A DNA stretch of 64,000 nucleotides from an uncultured Nitrososphaerota archaeon. Lineage in GTDB: Archaea; Korarchaeota; Korarchaeia; Korarchaeales; Korarchaeaceae. Under the pieces are notes generated by a model, which was given only the letters and a program-made list of their open reading frames with translations, searched no databases and had not been told where the DNA came from. The translations under genes were made by a program, and so were the position numbers. The stretch spans positions 1-64,000 of the forward strand of contig CAZQNA010000008.1 in the NCBI GenBank assembly GCA_964594835.1, in the 5' to 3' direction. Below are positions 18,149-27,567 of this stretch, one piece after another. Positions within the stretch are counted from its first letter, which is position 1. Every line of letters starts with the position of its first letter.

Positions 18149-19334
18149 GGATGTAGGGAGAAGCTCCCCGCCCGCGCCGGCCGCGAGGCCCCGGGCGCCC
18201 TACTGGGAGAGGTGGTTCAGGGTCTTCTATCCAGACCTCACGGCGGCGCAGGAGTCCATACTGGAGGTAGACGCGCTGATCTTTGAGTCGGAGTCCCCCT
18301 GCGGGGAGAGGGTCCGACCCGGCATCCTGGTCGTGGAGGAGGAGGGATCTCTGGGGAGAGATGACCTGTCGGAGGCCTACAAGGCGTGCATGATTTACCC
18401 TGGGGCCGGACTAGAGTTCAGGGTCGTCGAGAAGGAGGGAGGGATCAAGGGGTTCACGGAGGGCCGTGAGCATTCTGAGATCAGTCAGCCACAGCAGGAG
18501 CAACGCGCGCGGGCGGAGCGGGTGATCAGTAGCTCCATAGGGAGCGGCGAACTAGACGCGCTTCAGCTCCCTGCCATATCCGCGGGGGAAGAGATGGAGA
18601 GCTTCTTGGGGAGCGGCTCTGAACTCATAGCCGAGGTAGACGAGTCCCTCGGGGAGGTAGCGAACCTCCTCAAGCTCCTGATAATCTTCCGCGCATGCGC
18701 AGCCACGGTTTCCCTCGTGGAGGGGATGCTGGAGGGATCAGGCCTGAGCCGGGAGCCCAGGATTTCGGCCCTCTTAGAGCTGTGCAGGCCACTTCCGAGC
18801 CTGGAGAAGGTCGTCAGCGAGATGAGAGCTATCGAGAGAGCTAGACCTAGTGATAATCCAGCGAGGGGAGGCGTCCTCGTGGGGATAGTCGGGATCCACA
18901 GGGCGATTAGGCAGATGGTGAGTTGGTGGAAGCGTCACCTCATGGAGATCCGCTCCAAGTACGACAAGGTGTTCCTGATACACACCAGCCACCCCGACAG
19001 CGAGAAAACGGCGAAGAAGTTGGCGGAGTCCATGGGAGGGGGAGTGAAGATCATAGAGGCCCCCAGGGGGGGTGAGCTGTTCGGTCAGTACCTGAGGGGC
19101 CTCTCTCTGCTCCCCGAGAGCGTCTCAGAGGTTGACCTGTGCTTCATGCTCGAGGTCGACAAGCAGACCGTGACGGGCCTCTGCTCCAGCGTGATCGACG
19201 GGAGTGGGGTCCTGAAGCTCGACCAGAGAGAGCTCTCGGTAGGGAGGGTCCTCTGCGGAGTTCCCAAGATCGTCCGGAGGGGGGAGAGCACGTTTGTCGG
19301 ATTCGCGCTCGAGGAGGTTTGGAGTCGTATTTGA
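18132..19334 (+). CDS. Unknown protein A', CARF-like, paralog of 14900-16123
   Basis: Colinear similarity along the whole length, e.g. KYDKVFLIHTSHPDSEKTA vs KYKRVFLIHTGERRSVKTA. Confidence 0.75.
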   Translation: MGSRSEDVGRSSPPAPAARPRAPYWERWFRVFYPDLTAAQESILEVDALIFESESPCGERVRPGILVVEEEGSLGRDDLSEAYKACMIYPGAGLEFRVVEKEGGIKGFTEGREHSEISQPQQEQRARAERVISSSIGSGELDALQLPAISAGEEMESFLGSGSELIAEVDESLGEVANLLKLLIIFRACAATVSLVEGMLEGSGLSREPRISALLELCRPLPSLEKVVSEMRAIERARPSDNPARGGVLVGIVGIHRAIRQMVSWWKRHLMEIRSKYDKVFLIHTSHPDSEKTAKKLAESMGGGVKIIEAPRGGELFGQYLRGLSLLPESVSEVDLCFMLEVDKQTVTGLCSSVIDGSGVLKLDQRELSVGRVLCGVPKIVRRGESTFVGFALEEVWSRI

Positions 19335-20604
19335 GTCTGAGTCTCCTCCGAGTGGAGAGGACCCCGTGATCTGGATAGGATCCGGCCTGGTCAGCGGTAA
19401 AGTCGCGGGGGTAAGGTGCTTAGGGGTCCTAACCGAGCTCATTGAGCTAGATGACTCTTTCCTCCTGCTGACACACTTACTGTCGGCTTCGGATCGGAGG
19501 AGGAAGATCCCCAGGCTAAAGAGCGTGCTAGAACTCAAGCGCGTGATGGAGAGCCCTCTCTCCATGTGTCAGCCCGATTACGTCAGAGTGGTGATCCCTA
19601 GGGGGGTGAAGGTCCCCGGAGTCGACCTCCACGGCTTCATCAGGGGGGACCTGATCGCGCTCGAGGAGGACCTCGACCGCCTGGAGAGGGTACCAGCCAC
19701 TCCGGCAGGCTGCGTCTCCTCGATGGCGCCTCCCGTGAGGGCCGGGGTGGCATTATGCATAGCGACCTTTCAATCGGCCCTGGCGAGGGGGTTCTGGAGC
19801 GGTCGATGGGATAAGTCCGTGGTGGGAGACCTCACGGCTTCCATCCTGGGGCTCGCCAGAATGGCCTCGAAGCTGGCCCCGGCCGCTGCGGCCGGAGAGC
19901 TCACGTCCAGCGTGATAGATGTGAAGAGGCTCGAGAACTTCGTCCAACCAGACGTTGCGAGAGCGGTCATGGAGATCATCGCGCGCCTCAAAGGTGCCGA
20001 GTCCGCGGGCGACCTCAGGGGCCTCGTGGATCAGCTCATCTCCTCCCTGAAGAGGGAGGTCTTGGGGACGCTACTTGGGAGGATCGTGAGAGTGGAGTAT
20101 CTGACGGGGCTGGAGAGCCTTGAGAGCAGCCTGAGGTCGATCTCAGAGGGCATCCGCGAGTTCATCCCGAGCGGGGACATTCACGCCGTGGTAGAGTTTT
20201 CCGAGCAGATGAACCTGCTAGATCTGTACATCCTCTGGAGGGCTTGCGGGGATCGGCTGAAGAGGGCGACCATCGTGCTGACCCCCCTCTCGCTCCTGAC
20301 CTCTCTGCCCCACATCGCCCTGCCCCCTGATCTCTTCTCAGGGGTCGGCGGGAGAGTGATCCCGAGGAGGCCGGAACTCCTCATACGTGGAATGGAGACC
20401 AGGATCATCCTCTCATCTGGCAGCGACCTGCAGGTACACAAGGCGGTCCTTCAGAAGACGTTTCAGGAGAGCGGAGGACTCACTCCCGTGTACTGGCCAA
20501 ACGGGTCGACCGGCCAGGTGGCCGTCGGGACGATCGTCGCCAAGAGTTTAGGGAGTGTGGAAATAATACCTCCTTTGGTGCAGCTGCGCAGAAGATTTGC
20601 CTGA
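19294..20604 (+). CDS. Unknown protein B', paralog of 13564-14976
   Basis: VVEFSEQMNLLDLYIL, TPLSLLTSLPH, VYWPNGSTGQVAVG. Confidence 0.75.
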   Translation: MSDSRSRRFGVVFESESPPSGEDPVIWIGSGLVSGKVAGVRCLGVLTELIELDDSFLLLTHLLSASDRRRKIPRLKSVLELKRVMESPLSMCQPDYVRVVIPRGVKVPGVDLHGFIRGDLIALEEDLDRLERVPATPAGCVSSMAPPVRAGVALCIATFQSALARGFWSGRWDKSVVGDLTASILGLARMASKLAPAAAAGELTSSVIDVKRLENFVQPDVARAVMEIIARLKGAESAGDLRGLVDQLISSLKREVLGTLLGRIVRVEYLTGLESLESSLRSISEGIREFIPSGDIHAVVEFSEQMNLLDLYILWRACGDRLKRATIVLTPLSLLTSLPHIALPPDLFSGVGGRVIPRRPELLIRGMETRIILSSGSDLQVHKAVLQKTFQESGGLTPVYWPNGSTGQVAVGTIVAKSLGSVEIIPPLVQLRRRFA

Positions 20605-20636
20605 GCAGCAGATGGCCTGGCTTCAACTAGTAGGAA

Positions 20637-20656
20637 CTTCCTTTCTTTCTTTTTCA
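20637..20656 (+). terminator. Pyrimidine/T-tract terminator after the A'-B' genes
   Basis: CTTCCTTTCTTTCTTTTTC about 35 nt after the stop. Confidence 0.45.
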
Positions 20657-20814
20657 TAACTCATCTGATGGAGATACAGCCTTGAAATACGCGATCTTGT
20701 TCACCCACTCTGTCTGTCCTCAACTTTCATCTCGGCCTGTTCCTTTTGAAAAAGACGGCTGCTCGATTAATCTACAACCCACCTGTCCTTGAGGTTAGGC
20801 AGGAGGGGCAAGCC

Positions 20815-21714
20815 ATGGTTGGCCTATACTCTGGAGCAGCCCTGCTGTCGATATCCCCTGTGACCCCGCTCCACCCGGGGGTGGGAAGAGCTGGAGGGGC
20901 CGTGGACCTCCCGGTCCAGAGGGACTCTTTGGGCTACCCCGTGATATTTGCTTCTAGCCTTAAGGGGGCTTTAAAGAGCCACCTGTGGAGGAGGAGACAT
21001 GAGAGTAAGGCGAGGGAACTCTTCGGGTCTGAGCCCGGTGAGCAGCCGACCAAGCCTGGCTCTCTGAGCTTGACAGACGGATTCCTCCTCTTCATGCCAG
21101 CCAGATCAGCCAAGGGTAACCCAGTCATGTTGACCTGCCCTATGCTGGCTGAGAGAGTTCTGGGGCTCATGGAGGCCGTGGAGTCCATAGGCTCTGCGGC
21201 CGGGCTGGAGCAGTTGAAGAGGGTGGCCGAGGCCATAGCAGGGCAGGAACCCGCTGAGGGAGAGGTCCTGGTCTGGGGCGATAGGCCCGTGCTTGATGCG
21301 GCCGGAGACAAGGTCTTGATAGTCAACGGAGAGGTCCTCAGGGCCAAGAGGGGTCAGGGTGAGAACTTCCCGCTTAATGTACTTCCCAGGCCATTCTCTA
21401 AACTGATCCCTGAGAGAGTCGTGGTCTTATCAAACGAGGACTCCCTCAGAGTGATAGATAAGAGCCTCCTGAGAGTCGCCAGAGTCCGGCTGAAGCGAAG
21501 GGAGAAGGTTGTCGAGACGGGAGGGCTCTGGAGCGAAGAGTACGTGCCTGAGGGGGCAATCTTTGTGGCTGGACTCATGGCGAGCGGAGACGCGCTCAGC
21601 CAGTTTAGGAGCCTCTTCTTCTCGGGAAACAACGTGGGGTACCTAGTCCTAGGCGGAGATGAAAGTGTGGGAAGGGGGATAGTCAAGCTCTCCGTCTTGG
21701 GGGGATCGCCTTGA
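20815..21714 (+). CDS. cmr4: Type III-B RAMP Cmr4
   Basis: TPLHPGVG..VDLPVQRD..PVIFASSLKGALK, LWSEEYVP, LGGDESVGRG. ATG 20815 behind AGGAGG. Confidence 0.95.
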   Translation: MVGLYSGAALLSISPVTPLHPGVGRAGGAVDLPVQRDSLGYPVIFASSLKGALKSHLWRRRHESKARELFGSEPGEQPTKPGSLSLTDGFLLFMPARSAKGNPVMLTCPMLAERVLGLMEAVESIGSAAGLEQLKRVAEAIAGQEPAEGEVLVWGDRPVLDAAGDKVLIVNGEVLRAKRGQGENFPLNVLPRPFSKLIPERVVVLSNEDSLRVIDKSLLRVARVRLKRREKVVETGGLWSEEYVPEGAIFVAGLMASGDALSQFRSLFFSGNNVGYLVLGGDESVGRGIVKLSVLGGSP

Positions 21715-22196
21715 CCGCGGTCGCGATCAGCCCCATGAGGGACGCGGTTGACGCAGTCCTCTCCCTCAAGGGGATAGTGGAGGAGGTCGGGGGAGGAGAC
21801 AGGCTGTTCAGCTCGATAAAGTCCAGGGCTCAGAACACTCCGTCCGCCGTATCTGACATGGGAGTTCCGCCCGTGCTGCTGTTCCTCGCATCAAAAGTTC
21901 GGAGAGAGTTCTACGAGTACGCGTGCAGACGGATGTTCGGCTTAGAGGCAGTCCCGCCGAATGAGGTAAAGGCTGAGAGAGATGGTTACTCGGCTTACCT
22001 GGCCGTAGTGGCTTGGTACCTCACTAAACTGCTTGGAAAGCAGCCTGAGGAGATCAGCAAGTTGGAGGAGGTAGTGAAGCTGGCTAAGAAGTTGGACGAC
22101 CCAGCCGAGGTTGGAGAGAGGGCGCTGGTCCACAGCCTGCTCTTAACATACCTCATAGAGCTGAAGAAGGCCGCTGAGGCCATATTGCCGGACTAG
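21711..22196 (+). CDS. cmr5: Type III-B small subunit Cmr5
   Basis: Small helical protein after cmr4; KSRAQNTPSAVSDMG..LFLASK, LKKAAEA. Confidence 0.85.
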   Translation: MTAVAISPMRDAVDAVLSLKGIVEEVGGGDRLFSSIKSRAQNTPSAVSDMGVPPVLLFLASKVRREFYEYACRRMFGLEAVPPNEVKAERDGYSAYLAVVAWYLTKLLGKQPEEISKLEEVVKLAKKLDDPAEVGERALVHSLLLTYLIELKKAAEAILPD

Positions 22197-22201
22197 GGGG
22201 G

Positions 22202-23797
22202 GTGAACGGGCTGACCAACGTTAAGGAGTCTGTGGAGGCGGGGTGGAGGACCGCCGACGGCCTCTGGAACACTCTCGTCGAGATGAGGGTGGTAAACTGC
22301 TCTCCAGCAATCCTGGGGGGGCCAAGAGGGCTGACGATAGACCCGAGGAGCAATCGGTTTGAGGGGCTGAGACCCACATCGCTGAGAGGGGTCTGGAGAT
22401 GGTGGGTCAGAGCGGTAGCGGCCGGGATCCTCTGGGAGGCTGGATACGCACCGAGCTACTCAGAGATCCGCAAAGTGGAGAAGAAGATGGGGCTGGGTTC
22501 GACGGATCAGGCGACCGACTACGTGCTAGAGACAGAGGTTATACGTGAACAACCCAAAGCTCAGGAAGCGGAGAGGAATCTGCCCGGGCTACTTGAGCAA
22601 ATACCTAGGTACAGACTCATCTCAATGGTGAGATTGCCAGAACCCAGGGCGGACGCTCTTCCTGGGCATAAAAGATACTTGGAGACCCTTAGGAGCCGAG
22701 GAAGGAGGGGGGCCATCCTCTTTAGGAGACCCATTAAGGCGGGGGCTTTAGGCCTGAAGATTAAGCTGAGGGCTAGATCGAGGAGAGATCGTGGCTATGA
22801 GAGAGTGATGGTTAACGCGCTCGGGATGGCGCTTCTGCTTGGGGGAATTGGACAGGCAACTAGCAGAGGATTTGGAAGATTTAAACCAGAGTTCGATACG
22901 ATCCGAGGGGAGTTCTCCGAGAACCTAAGCTACCTGGTCCGCAGTCTCCTGCAAGGGAGCACTAGTGAAGTAGAAAGAGCGGTCTTTAGCTTGATAGATG
23001 ACGAGGGTCTCAAGAATCTCCTGAGAAGGGATGCGGAGGAGCTTAACATCAAGAAGAAGGGGCCGCATGAGGTAGTTCCGAGGATACCCTCCGTACACAG
23101 GGCATGCATGCGCATAGAGGTCGTAACTCCGAGAACTCGACACGTGCGTGAAGAAGCTGGGTACATGATCGGAGAGATGGTGAGCGTGGGAGAGGCGTCC
23201 CTTAAGTCCCGCTGGAGACGCCTATACGGTCTGCACAGGTCTAGGGGAAAGCTACTCCACACATGGCCTCTCGGATTACCTAGAGGCCAAGCCATAAAGC
23301 TCACCATTAGGAATAGAGATAGAAGAGAAAGGGATAGAGATGAAAAAGCCAAAGAATTAAAGATAATGCTCGGATATTACGGAGAAACCTCAGAGCTGAG
23401 ATCCGAGTTCAAGGGAGAAGAGGGCACGCTCGTATTGTCGCTGAAGGACTACGCTGATAAGCAGGACAACTTGGTCGATAAGACATTGAGGCTGCAAAGT
23501 CTGATTAGGATAGCTGTACTCAGTAAGGAGAGATTCATAGTTTACGGCTTTAAAACGGAAGATCTCAAGAGGCTTTGGGAAACTCTCGTTCATGTGGGAA
23601 CGAAGCCCCGCGTGCCTCCCACTCGCTCAGATGAGATATGGATATCGAGAGTAAGGGAGATAGGCTACATCCAAACCGCTAGCAGGGTAAAGACGCCCCT
23701 TGACCAGGATACTGGGTGGCTTCAAGCATTTGATGAGGCTCTCTCAATGATGTTAAAAATCCTTCAAGGTAGTTCCCCAGAGGGGGTGAAACATTGA
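22202..23797 (+). CDS. cmr1: Type III-B RAMP Cmr1
   Basis: LRPTSLRGVWRWWVRA, LGGIGQATSRGFG, WPLGLPR. Confidence 0.9.
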   Translation: MNGLTNVKESVEAGWRTADGLWNTLVEMRVVNCSPAILGGPRGLTIDPRSNRFEGLRPTSLRGVWRWWVRAVAAGILWEAGYAPSYSEIRKVEKKMGLGSTDQATDYVLETEVIREQPKAQEAERNLPGLLEQIPRYRLISMVRLPEPRADALPGHKRYLETLRSRGRRGAILFRRPIKAGALGLKIKLRARSRRDRGYERVMVNALGMALLLGGIGQATSRGFGRFKPEFDTIRGEFSENLSYLVRSLLQGSTSEVERAVFSLIDDEGLKNLLRRDAEELNIKKKGPHEVVPRIPSVHRACMRIEVVTPRTRHVREEAGYMIGEMVSVGEASLKSRWRRLYGLHRSRGKLLHTWPLGLPRGQAIKLTIRNRDRRERDRDEKAKELKIMLGYYGETSELRSEFKGEEGTLVLSLKDYADKQDNLVDKTLRLQSLIRIAVLSKERFIVYGFKTEDLKRLWETLVHVGTKPRVPPTRSDEIWISRVREIGYIQTASRVKTPLDQDTGWLQAFDEALSMMLKILQGSSPEGVKH

Positions 23798-24621
23798 ACT
23801 CCCGAATTAGCCTATTCGACTCCGCATGGTCTATCTATGAGAGATTTTGGCTGGATAGCGGGCTAAATCCCTCAGAGATCAAAAGTGGTGAGGAGAGAGA
23901 AGAGCTGGTAGACGAAATTTTACGTGTAGACTTTGGAGAGAAGCTGAGGAGATCGAGGGAACTCCTAGAGGAGGTCTGCGAGGCGTTTAAGCTCAGCGGG
24001 ATGAGCTTAGTCTTGGTAGACGCTCGGCTGGTGTGGAGGGGGCTCCCAGGATCCTCGAGCGGCCTTGGGAGGTGGGTCTTGGAGATCGGTCTCTCGTGGG
24101 ACCCGATACTAGACCTTCCCATCGTTCCGGGCAGCAGCGTCAAGGGGGCAGCCAGAGCGTTCATGGAGGAGTTCCTAGAGAGAAGAGAAAGTAAATCGGC
24201 GAAGGAGATCTGTGAGGCTCTGTTCGGGTCTCCCGGGGAGGGAGGAGCCGTTGGACCTTTGAAATTCATTGACGCTCTGCCTGTGGAGCTTGGGGAATCG
24301 GGGAGGCTCCTCGTAGACGACGTCATCAACGCGCACTACAACCCCGAGCTAAGCGGAATAGAGACGGAACTCGACGTCAGACCCAACCCCGTTCTCCACA
24401 TAGCCCTAAGCCCCGGGGCGACGTTCCGGTTCATAGTGGGCGTCGACAGACAACTAGCCAGCCTGACAGAACTTAGTGAACTCCTCCCCGAGGGTGCAGG
24501 GTCTGACCCAGAGGACGTGGCGGCCTTCGCTCTAGGAGGGGCCCTCAGGAGAGGTCTGGGGTCTAGGACTCTGAAGGGGTATGGTATCTTCAAGCCAATT
24601 AGAGCGGAGGTGATGAAATGA
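23794..24621 (+). CDS. cmr6: Type III-B RAMP Cmr6
   Basis: LPIVPGSSVKGAAR, FIDALP, DVINAHY, PNPV, GLGSRTLKGYG. Confidence 0.93.
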   Translation: MNSRISLFDSAWSIYERFWLDSGLNPSEIKSGEEREELVDEILRVDFGEKLRRSRELLEEVCEAFKLSGMSLVLVDARLVWRGLPGSSSGLGRWVLEIGLSWDPILDLPIVPGSSVKGAARAFMEEFLERRESKSAKEICEALFGSPGEGGAVGPLKFIDALPVELGESGRLLVDDVINAHYNPELSGIETELDVRPNPVLHIALSPGATFRFIVGVDRQLASLTELSELLPEGAGSDPEDVAAFALGGALRRGLGSRTLKGYGIFKPIRAEVMK

Positions 24622-27563
24622 GTTTGAACGTTCGTGTGGCGGCTAAAACAGCGGCTTTACTGCACGATCCTCCTCACAAAGCGTGGATAGTACTTGGGGA
24701 GTACAAGGTCCCTCCGGGGGAGGGGAGAGCCCACGAGAGGGAAGCCTTATCCCTAGCCAGGAGAGTGCTCGAGGGAACTCAGCTCCAAGGAACCTTGGAG
24801 GTCTGGGTTTCTCAGCTCGGGTCCATCGTTAGAGAGGCTGATGGGCTGGCGGCCAGCATAGACAGGGCTCTAATGGATGAGGACATCTTGAGAGCCGTTC
24901 TGGGTGGGAAGAGGGTCTGGGGAACGGCGGGAGTGGTCAATCCGTTCCTGCCAAAGGTCAAGTATAGGCACAGGCCTCCCAAGAAGGAGGATGTGGAGAG
25001 ATTCGCCTTGGAGCTAAACGAGATCCTCGGCGTGGCGAGAACCGAGGTAGACGCCTATCACCTGCTGTACGCGATGTTTGAGCCGCTGTGGTGGAGGATC
25101 GTTGGCTCGGTGGGGCCTGCTGACACCAGAATTCCACACCACACGATATTCGACCACCTCTACGCCGCGGCCTCTATGACGAACTGGTCCCTCTCCGAAC
25201 TCGGGAGACCCTCAGGCCACCTAGTCCTGCTAGATCTAGCCGGGGTTCAGGGATTCGTGGCATCAGCCAGGAAAGTAGCCGACTACTGGGCTGGCAGTTG
25301 GATCGTGTCAGCTCTGTGCTGGTTCCTCGTGTCGGAACTCGTCGAAAGGCTTGGGCCAGACATTCTGCTGAGCCCAACCGCCAGGCTCAACCCGTTCTAC
25401 CTCTCCTGGGTGAGGAGCAAAATCTGGAGCGAGATAGACAGGTACTTCAACAATGAGGAGTATCCTGTTTGGCCCGGGGGAGTGAACTGGCCCAGGCAGC
25501 CCGTCATGCCAGCCACGGCCTACCTGTGCTTGCCTCCTAATCCGCCGACTGGGGGTCAGGACCTCCGCTCCTACTTCAGGAGGAGATACTTGGACGGGTG
25601 GAGAATCGTAGTAGAGAAGTGCGCCTCCGAGATCGAGCAGGGTCTACCAGCGGCGTACCAAGTTAGGCCGGAGATCGCGAGAGAGGCTGGTCGGCTCCTA
25701 AGGAGGATCGCCGACAATCCCCCGCTTAGACTGCGAGTGATCTCTCTAGACGTGAGCAAGGCTTACGAGGAACTCCTCGAGACCGTAGAATCCAGTGGAG
25801 GAGAAGGGCTGGCCAGATCTCTCCTCTTTCACTACCTCTTCCTGAGGCTTAGGAAGAGTGTAAGTGATTGGAGGGAAATGGTCAGACTTGGGGTCGGAGT
25901 CGGAGTTGACTGGTTGGGAGCTGAGGAGGGCGTATGCACTTCCTGCGGGGCCCTTCCAGCCATCGTCTCCACCAGGGTAACTAAGTTCGGCGATCAATCC
26001 GACAACACGCATATAGAACTCTCAGTGGGCGGGAGAAAAGATCTCAAAGAGGCTATGACCGAGAGGGAGTACGCCGGGAGGAGGGGTCTCCACTCGATCT
26101 TGAGGCCGGGTGAGCACCTCTGCCCGTACTGCCTGGTTAAGAGGGTTCTCCCGAGGAGCGGGGCCCTCAGGGGCGTGATCGACGCGCTCCTATCGGTGGA
26201 TGTTCGGAGCGATGAGCTGCTGCGCCCACCGCCAAGCGTTGACGAGCTAGCCTGTCTAGAGGCTAAGGTAACACTGCTCACCAAGCTCAGCTGGGAGGTC
26301 TCAAACAAGATCCACTCGACTCCTCTTCCAGTAACGTCGTGGTTCACTCTACCAAGTAGGCTGAGAGAGGCGTATGAGAAAGTCAGGCAGAACTCGTCTG
26401 TCCCGCTGGGAGTGATAGACAAGCTCACGTACACCCCGTCGCAAGAGCTGTTCTTCAACCTGGAGTACTCTGAGGCCCTAAAGCAGATTTTCGGCGACGC
26501 TTGGAGGGAGATAAGCGAGAAGGTGTGCAGGTACTACTCGATACTCAGGGGAGACGGCAACTCCGTGGGGAGGATCTTCTCCGGGAGGCCTCCCTCCCTA
26601 GACCATGGAGACCTGGACTCCAACCTCCGGGAGTACTACAGGGCCCTCCTAGATCCCTCTGTGATGCGAGGGATAACCCCAGAGGAGGCTGAGAAGCTCG
26701 TCAAAGCGCTCACGGAGCGACTGTCCTCGGCTCTGCGGCTGGTAGAGGGGCCAGATGCCGTCGGCCCGATAGTCCTCTCCCCGAGCTACTGGGCCTCCGT
26801 GTCTAGAGCCCTCATGGCCACGGCCCTCAGGGACTCCGCCATAGTAGACAGGCTGAGCGGGGTCGTCGTGTTCGCTGGCGGAGACGACATAGTCGCGCTC
26901 CTGCCAGCCAGAGTCTTCGGAGACTTCCCAGGGGTCAGTGCGCTGGTCGAGACCAGGAGGAACTACTGGGCCGCCGACAGGCCGATCCAAGGGTTCCACG
27001 ACGCCTACGGGATCGCTCCAGCCATGCTGGCGGACGGCAGGAAGTACGGGCTGAGGCTGGCCCACTACCGCGATCCCATGAGGGGAGAGATAGCTGAGGC
27101 CGAGGAGTGCGAGAGGGAGTCGAGGAGGTGGGAGATCCTGCTGCGCTCCTCGAAAGTGATTTCGGGAGACTGCTCCACGATAAGCTACGGCAGAGGAGTC
27201 CCTGAGAGGAGCATCCTGCCTAACTCTACTGGGCTGGGGCCATCCTCCGTCGACCCGGTGGCGGAGGAGTCTGGGAGAATATGCGTGAAGATCGAGAAGA
27301 ACAGGCTGAGCTCGAGCCTGGTGAGCGACGCCGAACTCGAGGCTGACAGGATATCCGAGTACCGCTCCGTAGACGAGGGGGCCGCGCTTGGGCTCGCCGT
27401 GAGACTGGTAGAGAGGAACGCGGTGGACGAGGGCGCGGCAAGGGATGTCGCTCAGGTCCTCGAGAGGCTCGCTCCGCTGAAGCTCAGGAAGAGCGGAGAA
27501 GAGCGCTGGGCGCCCATAGAGACGCTCAGGTCGGCCAGGCTGATCCTAGGCAGCGGGAGGTAA
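24618..27563 (+). CDS. cas10: Cas10/Cmr2 with HD motif, Zn-finger and intact GGDD palm
   Basis: LLHDPPHK, PADTRIPHHTIFDH, VQGFVASARKVADYWAGSW, CTSCG..CPYCLVKR, GDGNSVG, AGGDD. Confidence 0.96.
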   Translation: MSLNVRVAAKTAALLHDPPHKAWIVLGEYKVPPGEGRAHEREALSLARRVLEGTQLQGTLEVWVSQLGSIVREADGLAASIDRALMDEDILRAVLGGKRVWGTAGVVNPFLPKVKYRHRPPKKEDVERFALELNEILGVARTEVDAYHLLYAMFEPLWWRIVGSVGPADTRIPHHTIFDHLYAAASMTNWSLSELGRPSGHLVLLDLAGVQGFVASARKVADYWAGSWIVSALCWFLVSELVERLGPDILLSPTARLNPFYLSWVRSKIWSEIDRYFNNEEYPVWPGGVNWPRQPVMPATAYLCLPPNPPTGGQDLRSYFRRRYLDGWRIVVEKCASEIEQGLPAAYQVRPEIAREAGRLLRRIADNPPLRLRVISLDVSKAYEELLETVESSGGEGLARSLLFHYLFLRLRKSVSDWREMVRLGVGVGVDWLGAEEGVCTSCGALPAIVSTRVTKFGDQSDNTHIELSVGGRKDLKEAMTEREYAGRRGLHSILRPGEHLCPYCLVKRVLPRSGALRGVIDALLSVDVRSDELLRPPPSVDELACLEAKVTLLTKLSWEVSNKIHSTPLPVTSWFTLPSRLREAYEKVRQNSSVPLGVIDKLTYTPSQELFFNLEYSEALKQIFGDAWREISEKVCRYYSILRGDGNSVGRIFSGRPPSLDHGDLDSNLREYYRALLDPSVMRGITPEEAEKLVKALTERLSSALRLVEGPDAVGPIVLSPSYWASVSRALMATALRDSAIVDRLSGVVVFAGGDDIVALLPARVFGDFPGVSALVETRRNYWAADRPIQGFHDAYGIAPAMLADGRKYGLRLAHYRDPMRGEIAEAEECERESRRWEILLRSSKVISGDCSTISYGRGVPERSILPNSTGLGPSSVDPVAEESGRICVKIEKNRLSSSLVSDAELEADRISEYRSVDEGAALGLAVRLVERNAVDEGAARDVAQVLERLAPLKLRKSGEERWAPIETLRSARLILGSGR

Positions 27564-27567
27564 TCGC

